64,000 nt of DNA from Desulfobacterales bacterium. GTDB lineage: Bacteria; Desulfobacterota; Desulfobacteria; Desulfobacterales; UBA2174. A program made the translations under genes and the position numbers. How positions within the stretch are numbered: the stretch's first letter is position 1; every line of letters starts with the position of its first letter. A model generated the notes under the pieces. That model was given only the letters and a program-made list of their open reading frames with translations. It was not told the DNA's origin and ran no database searches. The stretch is from positions 64,001 to 128,000 of the forward strand of contig CAXXWC010000013.1 of the NCBI GenBank assembly GCA_963668645.2. Reading direction: 5' to 3'. Below are positions 20,421 to 29,783 of this stretch, one piece after another.

Positions 20421-21507
20421 AACCGTCCTGACCACGCTAGATGCCTCCCCGCGCAAACGGATTTCCGTGGAAACCCTGATTGCAGCCGTGCAGAGACTAT
20501 CCCTGGGGCCGATGAGCGATTTCGAGATCCGCGACCGCCTGCTGGCAACCCTCAAGGCCTTGGCCGCAGAAGGACGGCTGCGTTTGCCGGCCGGCACCCG
20601 CAGTTGGGACCGCCAGAGCGGCTTGCCTCGCTTCGTAACGGCCCTGCGTCCCGAAGAAGAGACGGCCCGGCGCCTGCGCCGGGAGACTCTGGACGCACTG
20701 CGCCACGATACTGCCTGGGAGCCCACCCGAATGGTGGCCTTCGCCCACACCCTCAAGGGCGAAGGCGAACTGCGGCGGGCCCGGCAGGTCAACTGCTATC
20801 TGCTCGATCGACGGCCCGGCACGGTGCCCATCCCCCACCGGGAGCGGGCCCTGGCCGTTTTCGGCGACGAAAAGGCCCTCGACGGCTACGTGCACCAAGG
20901 TCTCTTCGGCGGGCGTATCACTCTGACGGACCTGGACTGCTTCTACTGCCCCGAGCCGCTGCCCTATCGACCCCTGTCCATGGAGCGCGCCCGGACGGCC
21001 GGCAAACCGCTGCTGGTGGTGGAAAATGCCTGTACCTACTGGAGCTGCTGCCGGGCCAATGAAACTCTCGAAATCTATGCTGCGGTGGTTTACGGACAGG
21101 GATTTGCAATCTGCGCCCCAGAGCGGGCCAGCGACGGACTGCAGGACATCGAAGAGCAGGTGGCGGCCGCCGGGGTGTTGTATTTCGGCGACCTGGATCC
21201 CGCCGGTCTGGCCATTCCCCGAAGGATCAACGGCTACCGCCGGGACAAAGGCCTGGCGCCATTGCAGGCCGAACTGCGTCTCTACCGGATCCTGCTTCAA
21301 CTGGACCGGACGGTCGCCTACCACCGGCCGCAGCATACCGCCCACGATCCTTCCTGGGCCAGGGCCTGGTTGGGCGACAAACTGGCCGCCATCTACCTGT
21401 CTAAAGTCCAATTGGCCCGCTGGCCCCAAGAGGGGTTGACCGCCGAGGCCATCACCGCGGCGATTGGCAGCCAGGCGATGAGCGGCGGTGATCTTCACTG
21501 CGGATGA
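20401..21507 (+). CDS. jetD: Wadjet Toprim nuclease JetD-like (DUF2220)
   Basis: ERALAVFGDEKAL, LVVEN and YFGDLDPAGLAI motifs. Confidence 0.85.
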   Translation: MQNYLRETVLTTLDASPRKRISVETLIAAVQRLSLGPMSDFEIRDRLLATLKALAAEGRLRLPAGTRSWDRQSGLPRFVTALRPEEETARRLRRETLDALRHDTAWEPTRMVAFAHTLKGEGELRRARQVNCYLLDRRPGTVPIPHRERALAVFGDEKALDGYVHQGLFGGRITLTDLDCFYCPEPLPYRPLSMERARTAGKPLLVVENACTYWSCCRANETLEIYAAVVYGQGFAICAPERASDGLQDIEEQVAAAGVLYFGDLDPAGLAIPRRINGYRRDKGLAPLQAELRLYRILLQLDRTVAYHRPQHTAHDPSWARAWLGDKLAAIYLSKVQLARWPQEGLTAEAITAAIGSQAMSGGDLHCG

Positions 21508-21564
21508 CAGTAATGGGTGATTTGCCAGACCGGCCCTGCATGGCGCTTCGATTTGCCGGGGTAC

Positions 21565-21616
21565 TCAGATCTAATTGAGATTGGGGAAACAGGTCCGGTA
21601 ATACGCGTAATTTCGT
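21565..21616 (-). repeat. Degenerate copy of the PIN toxin gene 3' end
   Basis: TCAGATCTAATTGAGATTGGGGAAACAGGTCCGGTAATACGCGTA aligns to 12116-12160 with 6 mismatches. Confidence 0.8.
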
Positions 21617-21705
21617 GAAAGGGTGGGTCACGGCATAACTTGAGAAATATATGAAAATCCAAACAGTAACTTGTGATTTTCATAAAACCTGTGTAATGAC
21701 AGCCC

Positions 21706-22878
21706 GTGATCAGACGCCGCATCACCGCTGAACTGAAGGCCGCTGCCAGCGAATACCCCGTGGTAACCATTATCGGTCCGCGCCAGTCCGGCAAGACCAC
21801 GCTGGCGCAGATGACTTTTCCGGACTTGGCCTACCGCTCGCTGGAGGACCCGGATATGCGCCTTGCCGCGGAGACCGATCCCTGAGGCTTTCTGGGCCAA
21901 ATCACCAAAGGCGCCATCCTGGACGAAATTCAGCGCGCACCGCAACTGCTCTCCTATATCCAGGGCATTGTGGACAGCGATCGTTTGTCCGGCCGTTTCA
22001 TCCTCACCGGCAGCCACCAGCCCGAACTGCAGCAAAGCATCAGCCAGTCCCTTGCCGGCCGCACGGCCATGCTGACGCTGCTGCCCTTTGCACTGGATGA
22101 AATTCGCCAATACCCTGGCAATCAGGATGCGTTTAGCCTGATCGTCAACGGAACCTTCCCCCGCGTCTATGAAGATCGTCTGACCCCGTCCCGCTTCTAC
22201 AACGGCCATCTTCAGACCTACGTCGAGCGCGATGTGCGCGCCCTGATCAACCTCAAGGATCTATCGGCGTTTCAACAGTTTCTCGCATTGCTGGCCGGCC
22301 GCATCGGACAGGTGGTCAACTACACTGCCCTGAGCAACGACGTCGGCGTATCCGCAACGACCATCAAAAACTGGATCGGCGTGCTCAAGGCGTCTTTCGT
22401 GATCTTCGAGTTGCCGCCCTATTTTGCCAACCTCCGCAAGCGGGTGATCAAATCGCCCAAGATCTATTTCACCGACCCTGGACTGGTGACCTATTTGCTT
22501 GGCATTGAAAACGCCGACCAGGCGGCCCGCGATCCGCTTCGCGGAGGCCTGTACGAAAACCTGATCATCCTGGAACTGGTCAAAGCAGGCCTGAATCGCG
22601 GCCGGCGTCCGGACTGTCACTTCTACCGGGACACCAACGGCAACGAAGTTGATGTGATCCTGAACAGGGGCGGCGAGTTGATCCCCGTCGAAATCAAGTC
22701 CGCCGCCACGTTCACCAAGGCATTTCTTTCCGGTCTCGAACGATTCCGCCAAGCTGCCGGAGAACGCTGTCAACCCGGCTATGTTTTGTACAACGGAGCA
22801 CAGGAATACGACGTCGACGGCATTCGGATTCTAAATCCTCTTGTCCATGAAGGATTTGATCTGTTTTTCAACAAATAA
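21706..22878 (+). pseudogene. AAA_14/DUF4143 ATPase with an in-frame TGA at 21883-21885
   Basis: GTG start, GPRQSGKTT Walker A, DP*GFL, LDEIQRAP, then continues in frame to EVD...PVEIK. Confidence 0.85.
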
Positions 22879-22925
22879 GCCGTACCCGGCTTCGCTACCA
22901 ACCGTCAGGTGATTTATCACGGTGA

Positions 22926-23186
22926 ATCCACGGCAGCCTTTGTTGTACATGCTCACGGGGATCTACCTGACCGGGAATCTGGGCTTAGCCCTGTGGATCA
23001 GCGACGTTGGCGGTGCAGGCGGCCACCTGCATCAACCCCATGCGCTGGTATCTGATCATTTTGCGCGGGGTGGTGACCAAAGGGGTGGGACTGGCGATCC
23101 TCTGGCCCGCCGTGGTGGGGCAGAGCGCCCTGGCGGTGGGATTCATCTTGCTGGCCTCGCGGCGCTTTCGCAAGACGCTGGGATGA
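22926..23186 (+). pseudogene. Degenerate duplicate of the YbhR-like permease 3' end
   Basis: Matches 11738-11819 and 11919-12100, with an internal deletion of ~100 bp and substitutions. Confidence 0.9.
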
Positions 23187-23236
23187 AAGAGGCGTCATCC
23201 CCGGCCGATCAACAGACCGGGGATGACGCCTCTTTT
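23186..23236. terminator. Probable bidirectional intrinsic terminator
   Basis: 19-bp perfect stem AAAGAGGCGTCATCCCCGG / CCGGGGATGACGCCTCTTT between convergent units. Confidence 0.75.
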
Positions 23237-23270
23237 CAGGCTTGCACTGCCTGCCAATGGGCAAATTCCG

Positions 23271-24128
23271 TTAGAAACAATAGCAGAACCTGAACATTAT
23301 CCCATTGGTTTTGATTCCATTTTTTACGTCAAGATCCTGCTTGTAGTCGACCGCGGCCTGGAGACTGTCGTTGAGCATGAGATAGAAACTAAGCCCCCCT
23401 GTATGCGTTCTGATCTCGTCGTCCTGGTCGAGTCCGTCGAGTTCGGTTTCTCCGCCATAGCTGAAATAGTAATCCAGTGAGGCGAAGAAACTTTTCGTGA
23501 GGTTATAGCTGCAATGTACTTCTGCGTTGTATTTGATATCTTTCGAAGATGTGGCTTTCCGGTTGTTGATTCCCATCGCATCATCGTTGTCGAAGAAAAA
23601 CTCCACGGAGTTGTACCACTCCAGCCAGAGATTTTCGCCAAAGCCCTTGACGAAGGCGATTTCCTGTTTTGTGGCCCACCGATTGTCTCCCAGGTTGACC
23701 GACCGGTCACGGTCGTACTGGCCTGTGGGAACAGTGAGGTAGGGGGTATACCCGAACACAAATTTGTTTTTCGTGTCATTTATCATAAACATGGTGAATG
23801 CGAGCTGGAGGTCTCCGATGCCGTTGGACTGAACACCACTGACATCGACACTTCCAAAGGGCAGGATACATTGTGGCGCAACGGTCATTCCCCAAAGCTC
23901 GGTGTAATAGATAGGCCTGAGTAAACCGACGGTTGAATCCAGATCTAAATCTTTGGATAGTTTTTCCGAGTCGTGATAGTATTCATTGCCAAATTTAAAA
24001 TCAAAATACGTGATCAACGTTTTTGTGCCTGCTGGAAGAGGCAGGTAATCCCTTGCATTGTTCGCCAAGGCATGGCCTGGGAAGCTGAAAAGTAATATTG
24101 CAAGTAACAGAACTGATAACCGTTTCAT
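23271..24128 (-). CDS. Outer-membrane beta-barrel, Phenol_MetA_deg/SphA-like transporter
   Basis: Signal peptide, GIGD, PTGQYD...NLGDNRW motif, C-terminal Phe. Confidence 0.8.
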   Translation of the reverse strand: MKRLSVLLLAILLFSFPGHALANNARDYLPLPAGTKTLITYFDFKFGNEYYHDSEKLSKDLDLDSTVGLLRPIYYTELWGMTVAPQCILPFGSVDVSGVQSNGIGDLQLAFTMFMINDTKNKFVFGYTPYLTVPTGQYDRDRSVNLGDNRWATKQEIAFVKGFGENLWLEWYNSVEFFFDNDDAMGINNRKATSSKDIKYNAEVHCSYNLTKSFFASLDYYFSYGGETELDGLDQDDEIRTHTGGLSFYLMLNDSLQAAVDYKQDLDVKNGIKTNGIMFRFCYCF

Positions 24129-24275
24129 ATCTACTCCTCCTTTTTGATAACTCCAATTTTATGTTAACCGCCGTAATAATGAGAATGAAAAATGATGCAA
24201 CTCCTTTGGTGTCTCCAGCCACTATCTGGCAATATTACCCAGATTATTTGTCGTGCTTTTGTTTGTCTTGCCGGT

Positions 24276-24563
24276 CTAACCTTCCCGGTAGACGATACCG
24301 TACCCACCATTTGGATATTTCCATTTCAGCGTGCCGGGAATCGCTAATGCAAGGCATGTTCCACATTCCAGGCAGCCGGCATACATGACACCGATGGTGC
24401 CATCCGGGTTTTCAGAATAGACATGTGCGGGACATACACGGATGAGTAATTTACCTGTACCTGTTTTCCGAGCGAGCTCCTGGTCGATTTCAATGTGTGA
24501 TTCTTCGTCCTCAACGTACTTGTTGCCTGCCAAACGCTGGGTGACATTTCCAAATTTCGTCAT
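24276..24563 (-). CDS. fixX: Ferredoxin-like FixX
   Basis: CPAHVY, GCLECGTC, WKYPNGGYG. Confidence 0.9.
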   Translation of the reverse strand: MTKFGNVTQRLAGNKYVEDEESHIEIDQELARKTGTGKLLIRVCPAHVYSENPDGTIGVMYAGCLECGTCLALAIPGTLKWKYPNGGYGIVYREG

Positions 24564-24646
24564 CTGTGTTCTCCCGCGTGTTTCGCCTTCTCAAAATAGA
24601 AATAAAGATCGTGCCAGGCTCAAAGATCACTCCCGTCGTGGGAGCG

Positions 24647-25954
24647 TCAAAGCGCTTTCATGGCCTTGAATACATCGCCTATCACAGGGAATAACTTTAT
24701 GTTCGATTGCCTGAAAGCGTTCATGACTGTCTTTCTCATCGGTTTTTTCGGTGTGGTGTCGTGCCGGTAGGCATCGTAGAAAATTTCCGCAAGCAACTCT
24801 CCGTAGTCTTTGTACATGCGCGGGATCTCCAAAAACTCGGGGGCCCTGGCGTAGGTCTTCATATCGGCGCAGGCAAAGCCGGCCGCCAGTTGTTTTTTGT
24901 AATTGTCCATTGCCTGCTGGTTGAAATTGCCTTGATCCAGTGCCTCGACGATCGTTTTTGCAGCAGCAATGGCAGAGCCGGCGGCCAAGTCCATGCCCCG
25001 AATCGCCAATCCCGTGTTGAGGGTAAAACCTGCAGCATCACCGATGATGAGCAAGCCGGGCCGGGCAAGGTCGTGTGCGGCCATGGCAGGTCCGTTTTCG
25101 ATGGTCAAATGGCAGCCGTACTCGAGCAATTCGCCGTCTCGTATCAACGGTGCAATCGCCGGGTGATCCAGAAAATGATCATGCACCTCGCTGGAGGTCA
25201 AACCCTTGGCTTCAAGATCGTCCAGCCGCATGACCACACCGATGCTGATCGAGTCCTTGTTGGTATACAAAAAACCGCCGCCGGCCACGGACTGGGTGCA
25301 ATCACCGACAATGGCGTAGGCTACGCCTTCATCGTCCGTAACGCGAAAGCGGTCTTCGATGACCTTGCGGGGCAGACCGATCACGCTTTTTACGCCGACG
25401 GCCAGATGCTTGGGATCTTCTTTGGCGCGGATGCCCGCTTCGCGGGCGATAAAAGAATTCACGCCGTCGGCCGCGACAACGACATGGGCGTGCAGCTCGT
25501 CCTCGCCGGCCTTGACGCCGACCACCCGGCCGCCTTCAAGCAGCAGGCCATCGACCCGGATCCCCGGCATCACCATGACGCCGGCCTCTTCGCATTGTTC
25601 CGAGAGCCATGCATCCAATCTGGCCCTGAGCACCGTGACGGCATTGGCCGGCTCTTTCAGGCGGTCATCCCAGTAGTCGATGTTGAAATGCGACGTGGCA
25701 TTGAGGAAACTGAGCACATTGCGGGTGATACGCCGTTCGATGGGTGCCTTTTGCACAAAATCCGGGAACACCTGCTCCATCACACGGCAGTAGAATACCC
25801 CGCCGGAAAGATTCTTCGAGCCGGGCTGCTCTCCTCGCTCGATGAGGATGACCTGCCTGCCGGCCTGCGCCAATTGATAGGCGCAGACCGTGCCTGCCAC
25901 GCCGCCACCGATGATGATGACTTCGGAATCGACTTCGAATGCTTCTTCAGCCAA
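24647..25954 (-). CDS. fixC: ETF-quinone oxidoreductase FixC
   Basis: GGGVAG, ERGEQPGSKNLSGG, GDAAG, RGMDLA. Confidence 0.9.
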   Translation of the reverse strand: MAEEAFEVDSEVIIIGGGVAGTVCAYQLAQAGRQVILIERGEQPGSKNLSGGVFYCRVMEQVFPDFVQKAPIERRITRNVLSFLNATSHFNIDYWDDRLKEPANAVTVLRARLDAWLSEQCEEAGVMVMPGIRVDGLLLEGGRVVGVKAGEDELHAHVVVAADGVNSFIAREAGIRAKEDPKHLAVGVKSVIGLPRKVIEDRFRVTDDEGVAYAIVGDCTQSVAGGGFLYTNKDSISIGVVMRLDDLEAKGLTSSEVHDHFLDHPAIAPLIRDGELLEYGCHLTIENGPAMAAHDLARPGLLIIGDAAGFTLNTGLAIRGMDLAAGSAIAAAKTIVEALDQGNFNQQAMDNYKKQLAAGFACADMKTYARAPEFLEIPRMYKDYGELLAEIFYDAYRHDTTPKKPMRKTVMNAFRQSNIKLFPVIGDVFKAMKAL

Positions 25955-26037
25955 AACGCTTTCTCCCTAAACCGAAAATAGAATGGATGCCGGGCCGGAC
26001 ATGGCGCGTAACATGGCTTTCATACCAAGGGGCGCAA

Positions 26038-27510
26038 TCACAGCAGGCCGGCCTTAATCTTTTCAGCGATATCATCGGCGGTCAGCCAGCCGGAGGTCAG
26101 GGCAAAGCCACAGGCCGAACCCGGAATCGTCAACTGGTAGCTCTCTCCATAAAGGCCTCCGGCGTCGCAACCGACACAATACAAACCGGGAATGACTTCA
26201 CCATTAGCATCCAAGGCCTGCATGTACTCGTTGATCAACATGGCACCCATGCTGATCAAGATTCCGGGTTCCATCTTGACGGCGTAGAAGGGGCCTTTCA
26301 CGCAAGGGACCATATACTTGGCATGCTTACGGAATTTTGAATCGACGCCTGAGTTTGCACAGATGTTGTATTCGTCCACTTCCTCCCGCAAAGCCTTGGG
26401 ATTGACGTCTATTTTACCTGCCAACTCTTCGATGGTTTCACCATATTGAACGTTGGTGCGTTCTTCGTTTTCTGCATCCGCCTCAATTTCCACCGGCAGG
26501 TTGACCAGCTTCTCATAGTTGTGGACATAGATACCGACACCGACCTTGTTGCCCTCGTTCACTAGAATGTCGATATATGTCTGATCAAGAATAGCCCAAT
26601 ACATAGCGTCAGGAAGACTAGCCACGAGATCTCCGGCGTCGCCGAAGTTCAAGCCGATCGTTTCGTTTGTGAAACGGCGCCCATATTTGTTGACCCAAAG
26701 GGTTGGTTGCATGCCGGCATTATTGACATGGCTGGTAATGGTTTTGTCTCGCATCAAGGGCAGGAGCAGCAGGGTCCCGATGTTGGGATTTTCAATGCCG
26801 CCGACTTCCTTCATCATGGTGATGCCATCACCCATGTTGCCCGGGCCTCCTACGTTGATGATGCGTTCGCCGACTTTGTATTTGCCGTATTTGTTAAGCA
26901 GTTCGGGGTTGGCCGCGTAGCCCCCGGTTGCGACGACCACGGCCTTGGCCCCCAGAGCGACTGTCTCACCATCGGAGTCCGTAGCGGTAACACCTCTGAT
27001 CTTGCCGTCTTCGCCGCGAATAATTTTGTTCGCTGAAGTGGAAAGAAAAATGTCAACGCCGCGGCGGCGGGCGTCCGCTTCCATCAGTTCGATGACATGT
27101 GCGATTTCGCCCTCGGGTATGTGCCAGGTGACAAGTTCTCCCGGTTGCTCGGGAGCGGTGATGAGTACGTTCTCATAGACGGCACCAACTTCATCACGCA
27201 TCTTTTTGACGGTTGTCGCGGCGTTCTCGACATAGCGGTTGACCAGTGCAGGATTGCATCGCCAATGGGAGTAAGACAGGTAGTGCTGGTAGGCTTGTTC
27301 CTTGGTGACCTTGATGCCGCGTTTTTCCTGCTCGTCGGACTCGAAAGCTGCGTGTCCCTCGGCGAAGGAGGAACTGCCGCCGACCTTGTCTTCCTTTTCG
27401 AGCACGGCGCATGAAAGGCCGTTTTTTGCGGCCTGCACGGCCGTGGAAAAGCCGGAGCCGCCCCCACCAATCACGATAACATCGTAGTTGAATTCGAACT
27501 CTTGTGACAT
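26038..27510 (-). CDS. FAD_binding_2 flavoprotein oxidoreductase (fumarate reductase/KstD-like superfamily, cytoplasmic)
   Basis: IGGGGSG, VVATGGY, WVNKYGRRF and IPGLYCVG motifs; no signal peptide. Confidence 0.88.
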   Translation of the reverse strand: MSQEFEFNYDVIVIGGGGSGFSTAVQAAKNGLSCAVLEKEDKVGGSSSFAEGHAAFESDEQEKRGIKVTKEQAYQHYLSYSHWRCNPALVNRYVENAATTVKKMRDEVGAVYENVLITAPEQPGELVTWHIPEGEIAHVIELMEADARRRGVDIFLSTSANKIIRGEDGKIRGVTATDSDGETVALGAKAVVVATGGYAANPELLNKYGKYKVGERIINVGGPGNMGDGITMMKEVGGIENPNIGTLLLLPLMRDKTITSHVNNAGMQPTLWVNKYGRRFTNETIGLNFGDAGDLVASLPDAMYWAILDQTYIDILVNEGNKVGVGIYVHNYEKLVNLPVEIEADAENEERTNVQYGETIEELAGKIDVNPKALREEVDEYNICANSGVDSKFRKHAKYMVPCVKGPFYAVKMEPGILISMGAMLINEYMQALDANGEVIPGLYCVGCDAGGLYGESYQLTIPGSACGFALTSGWLTADDIAEKIKAGLL

Positions 27511-27546
27511 AGTATCTCCCTTTTGTTGATTAAACTCACCCGGTCG

Positions 27547-28461
27547 TTATTTGCCGAGGGTGGATATAAGCGCAGGAACTACTTCGTAAAGATCCCCGAG
27601 GATGCCGTAATCGGCAGCCTTGAAAATCGGAGCGTCGGGATCGTTATTGATGCCGACAACGACTTTGGTCCCCTGGATGCCTTCCAAATGTTGCGGGGCC
27701 CCTTGAATACCGATGGCCATGTAGAGTTCCGGGGTGATATGCTGGCCGGAACGGCCCACATAGCGTTCCTGTGCAATCCAACCCAGGTCGTCTGCGATGG
27801 GCATGCTGCAACCGATTTCAGCGCCGAGGGCGTCTGCAAGGGCCTGGATGATCGACAGGTCGTCTTTCTTTTTCAGACCGCGGCCGATGGAAACGACCCT
27901 GGCGGCCCTGGTGATTCCGGCGTCAGCCCCGGCGGCTTGCTCGATTTTTTCAATCTTGATGTCGGCGATGTCTTCAAGGTCGACCGGCTCGATGGGGGCA
28001 GGCGCAAAGTCCGCCGCTTCCAGGTCTTCGCCGCCGTAAAAGGTGACCACAGGGGTGGCAGAGATCACCGTTTCAATAACCCTGCCGTCCAGATCTGCAC
28101 GTTCAACACGTATCCGTTCGCCTTCTGCCGACAATCTCAGGCCGCGGGGAACCAGCGCAGCACCAAGCCTGGCCGCTGTTGCACCGGCAAGGGCGCGCCC
28201 TTGGGCCGTCGCGCTGCCGACCACCGCCATGGGCGCGTCGGCTGCGATCATCCGCGCGACCTGTCCTGCGCAGGCTTCTGCCGGGAGATCCCGGCCTGTC
28301 TCGATCCATTTTACGAGATCGGGCCCGGCGGCTGCGGCAGCGTCAGCCAGAGCGCGCGAACCGACAACGGCGGCGGTAACCTTGCCGTTGAGCCCTTTTG
28401 CCACAGCCACCAGCGCCGTTACCTGTTTTTCTTCCGTCACGATGATCCATGCGTTACTCAC
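27547..28461 (-). CDS. fixB: Electron transfer flavoprotein alpha subunit
   Basis: VVSIGRG, VGRSG, GIQGAPQHLEG, INNDPDAPIF. Confidence 0.92.
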   Translation of the reverse strand: MSNAWIIVTEEKQVTALVAVAKGLNGKVTAAVVGSRALADAAAAAGPDLVKWIETGRDLPAEACAGQVARMIAADAPMAVVGSATAQGRALAGATAARLGAALVPRGLRLSAEGERIRVERADLDGRVIETVISATPVVTFYGGEDLEAADFAPAPIEPVDLEDIADIKIEKIEQAAGADAGITRAARVVSIGRGLKKKDDLSIIQALADALGAEIGCSMPIADDLGWIAQERYVGRSGQHITPELYMAIGIQGAPQHLEGIQGTKVVVGINNDPDAPIFKAADYGILGDLYEVVPALISTLGK

Positions 28462-28509
28462 TCAACTTCTCCTATGCGATAAAAAGTTGGATGTTTACCT
28501 TGCTTATGC

Positions 28510-29238
28510 TTACAGAACTCCCTCTTCACGCAGGGCGTTAACGAGCTGGGCAACGGCAACTTCGGGTTCTCCCTCGAAGACGCGGGCGGCGGTGGTTTCA
28601 GGCAACCGGGTGCCCTCGCTGAGCAACCTGTCGTCGCTTCCGGCATTGATGTCGGCAAGGGTCAGTTTGTTGACGGGACGCTTGCGGGCCATCAACTGCT
28701 CTTTCATGCCTGGGATCTTTTTTTCGGGAGACGCCGCTTTGACCGCAATCACCACCGGAGTGGCAACGGTGAGGGTGTGCACGCTGTTGCCGTGTTTGCG
28801 CGTGATTTGCACTTTTCCGTCAACGGTGCAGGCGCTGCTGACGTTGGTGAGCACCGGCCAGCCGAGCATGCCGGCAAGGACAACCGGAACGCCGCAATAC
28901 TCACCGGAATCACCGATGGCCACAACGTCCGCGTCACCGATCTGTTTGATGGCTGCCGCAAGGATCGAGGCAGTAGATGCGTTATCGATGAGCTTGGGCG
29001 CATCGGTGATCGATACCGTTTCTTTTACGCCGCGCGCCAGCACCCAACTGGCATCGCCATCGCCGATGGTCAGTCCGACGATCTGCGAATTTCCGGCAAT
29101 CGCCTTTGCGGCATCAAGAGCAGCAAAGTCGTCTTCTCCAGCGGTCATCTTCGCATTGCGCCAATCAACCGAACCGTCGCTTCGGACAGCGGCGTCTTCG
29201 GCGTTTCGAGCCCACTTGTAAACGATTACTGTTTTCAT
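28510..29238 (-). CDS. fixA: Electron transfer flavoprotein beta subunit
   Basis: ETF-beta layout and position upstream of ETF-alpha; GGAGG upstream. Confidence 0.85.
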   Translation of the reverse strand: MKTVIVYKWARNAEDAAVRSDGSVDWRNAKMTAGEDDFAALDAAKAIAGNSQIVGLTIGDGDASWVLARGVKETVSITDAPKLIDNASTASILAAAIKQIGDADVVAIGDSGEYCGVPVVLAGMLGWPVLTNVSSACTVDGKVQITRKHGNSVHTLTVATPVVIAVKAASPEKKIPGMKEQLMARKRPVNKLTLADINAGSDDRLLSEGTRLPETTAARVFEGEPEVAVAQLVNALREEGVL

Positions 29239-29361
29239 CGATTGTTGACACCTCCATGAGTTAAACACTCTTACAATTGCACACCGCTTTTCTCATCGAT
29301 GTTCCACCTCTGACTTTGATCGTTGCTTTTTCCTTCTTTGTCATCTCGATAAAGTACTTAA

Positions 29362-29527
29362 TCATGATTCATGCCAATGATGATGAATTTAATAAAAAAT
29401 ATTCCCGGCTATAACATTTTGAATTTTTGGCAATTATTCTTTGATTACGACGCAAGTGGAAAGAGAGAGGGCGCGGGTAAAAAAGTGACAAGTGTTGAAA
29501 TAATGACACTGTTGATAGAATGACACT
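29362..29527 (-). promoter_or_regulatory. Variant sigma54 promoter of the fix operon with upstream activator sites
   Basis: Minus strand TTGGCATGAATCATGA (-24 GG; -12 is GA, not GC); GTGTT-N-TGACACT repeats at 29491-29527. Confidence 0.55.
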
Positions 29528-29783
29528 TAAAGACGATTTTTCCCTTTCATGATTCATATTGGCGTTCGAATCGCCGGGCTCTGGCACACCCCTGTGATAA
29601 GTGTGGAAACCACTTAAGGGTGTCAGAACCGCTTGCCCGAATTGGCCTGGTGTGACCTGTTGGGCGGATGAATATGAAAGGCGGGTGGCGCTTGGAAAAG
29701 GCGGCTAAGAAAAGGGTTGGGTTTTTCGGAAAAAGTATCGTACTTTCTGCGCATTTTTATGGGCCGGATCTGATCAGCAAACC

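Noticed and set aside
8258..21498. Long antisense ORFs (e.g. 8258-9985, 13680-15239, 17715-18881, 20497-21498)
   Set aside because: Shadow frames of GC-rich genes with no recognisable motifs
21883..21885. Selenocysteine readthrough of the in-frame TGA
   Set aside because: The position is not a catalytic Cys site in this ATPase family and no convincing SECIS is evident; a nonsense mutation is simpler
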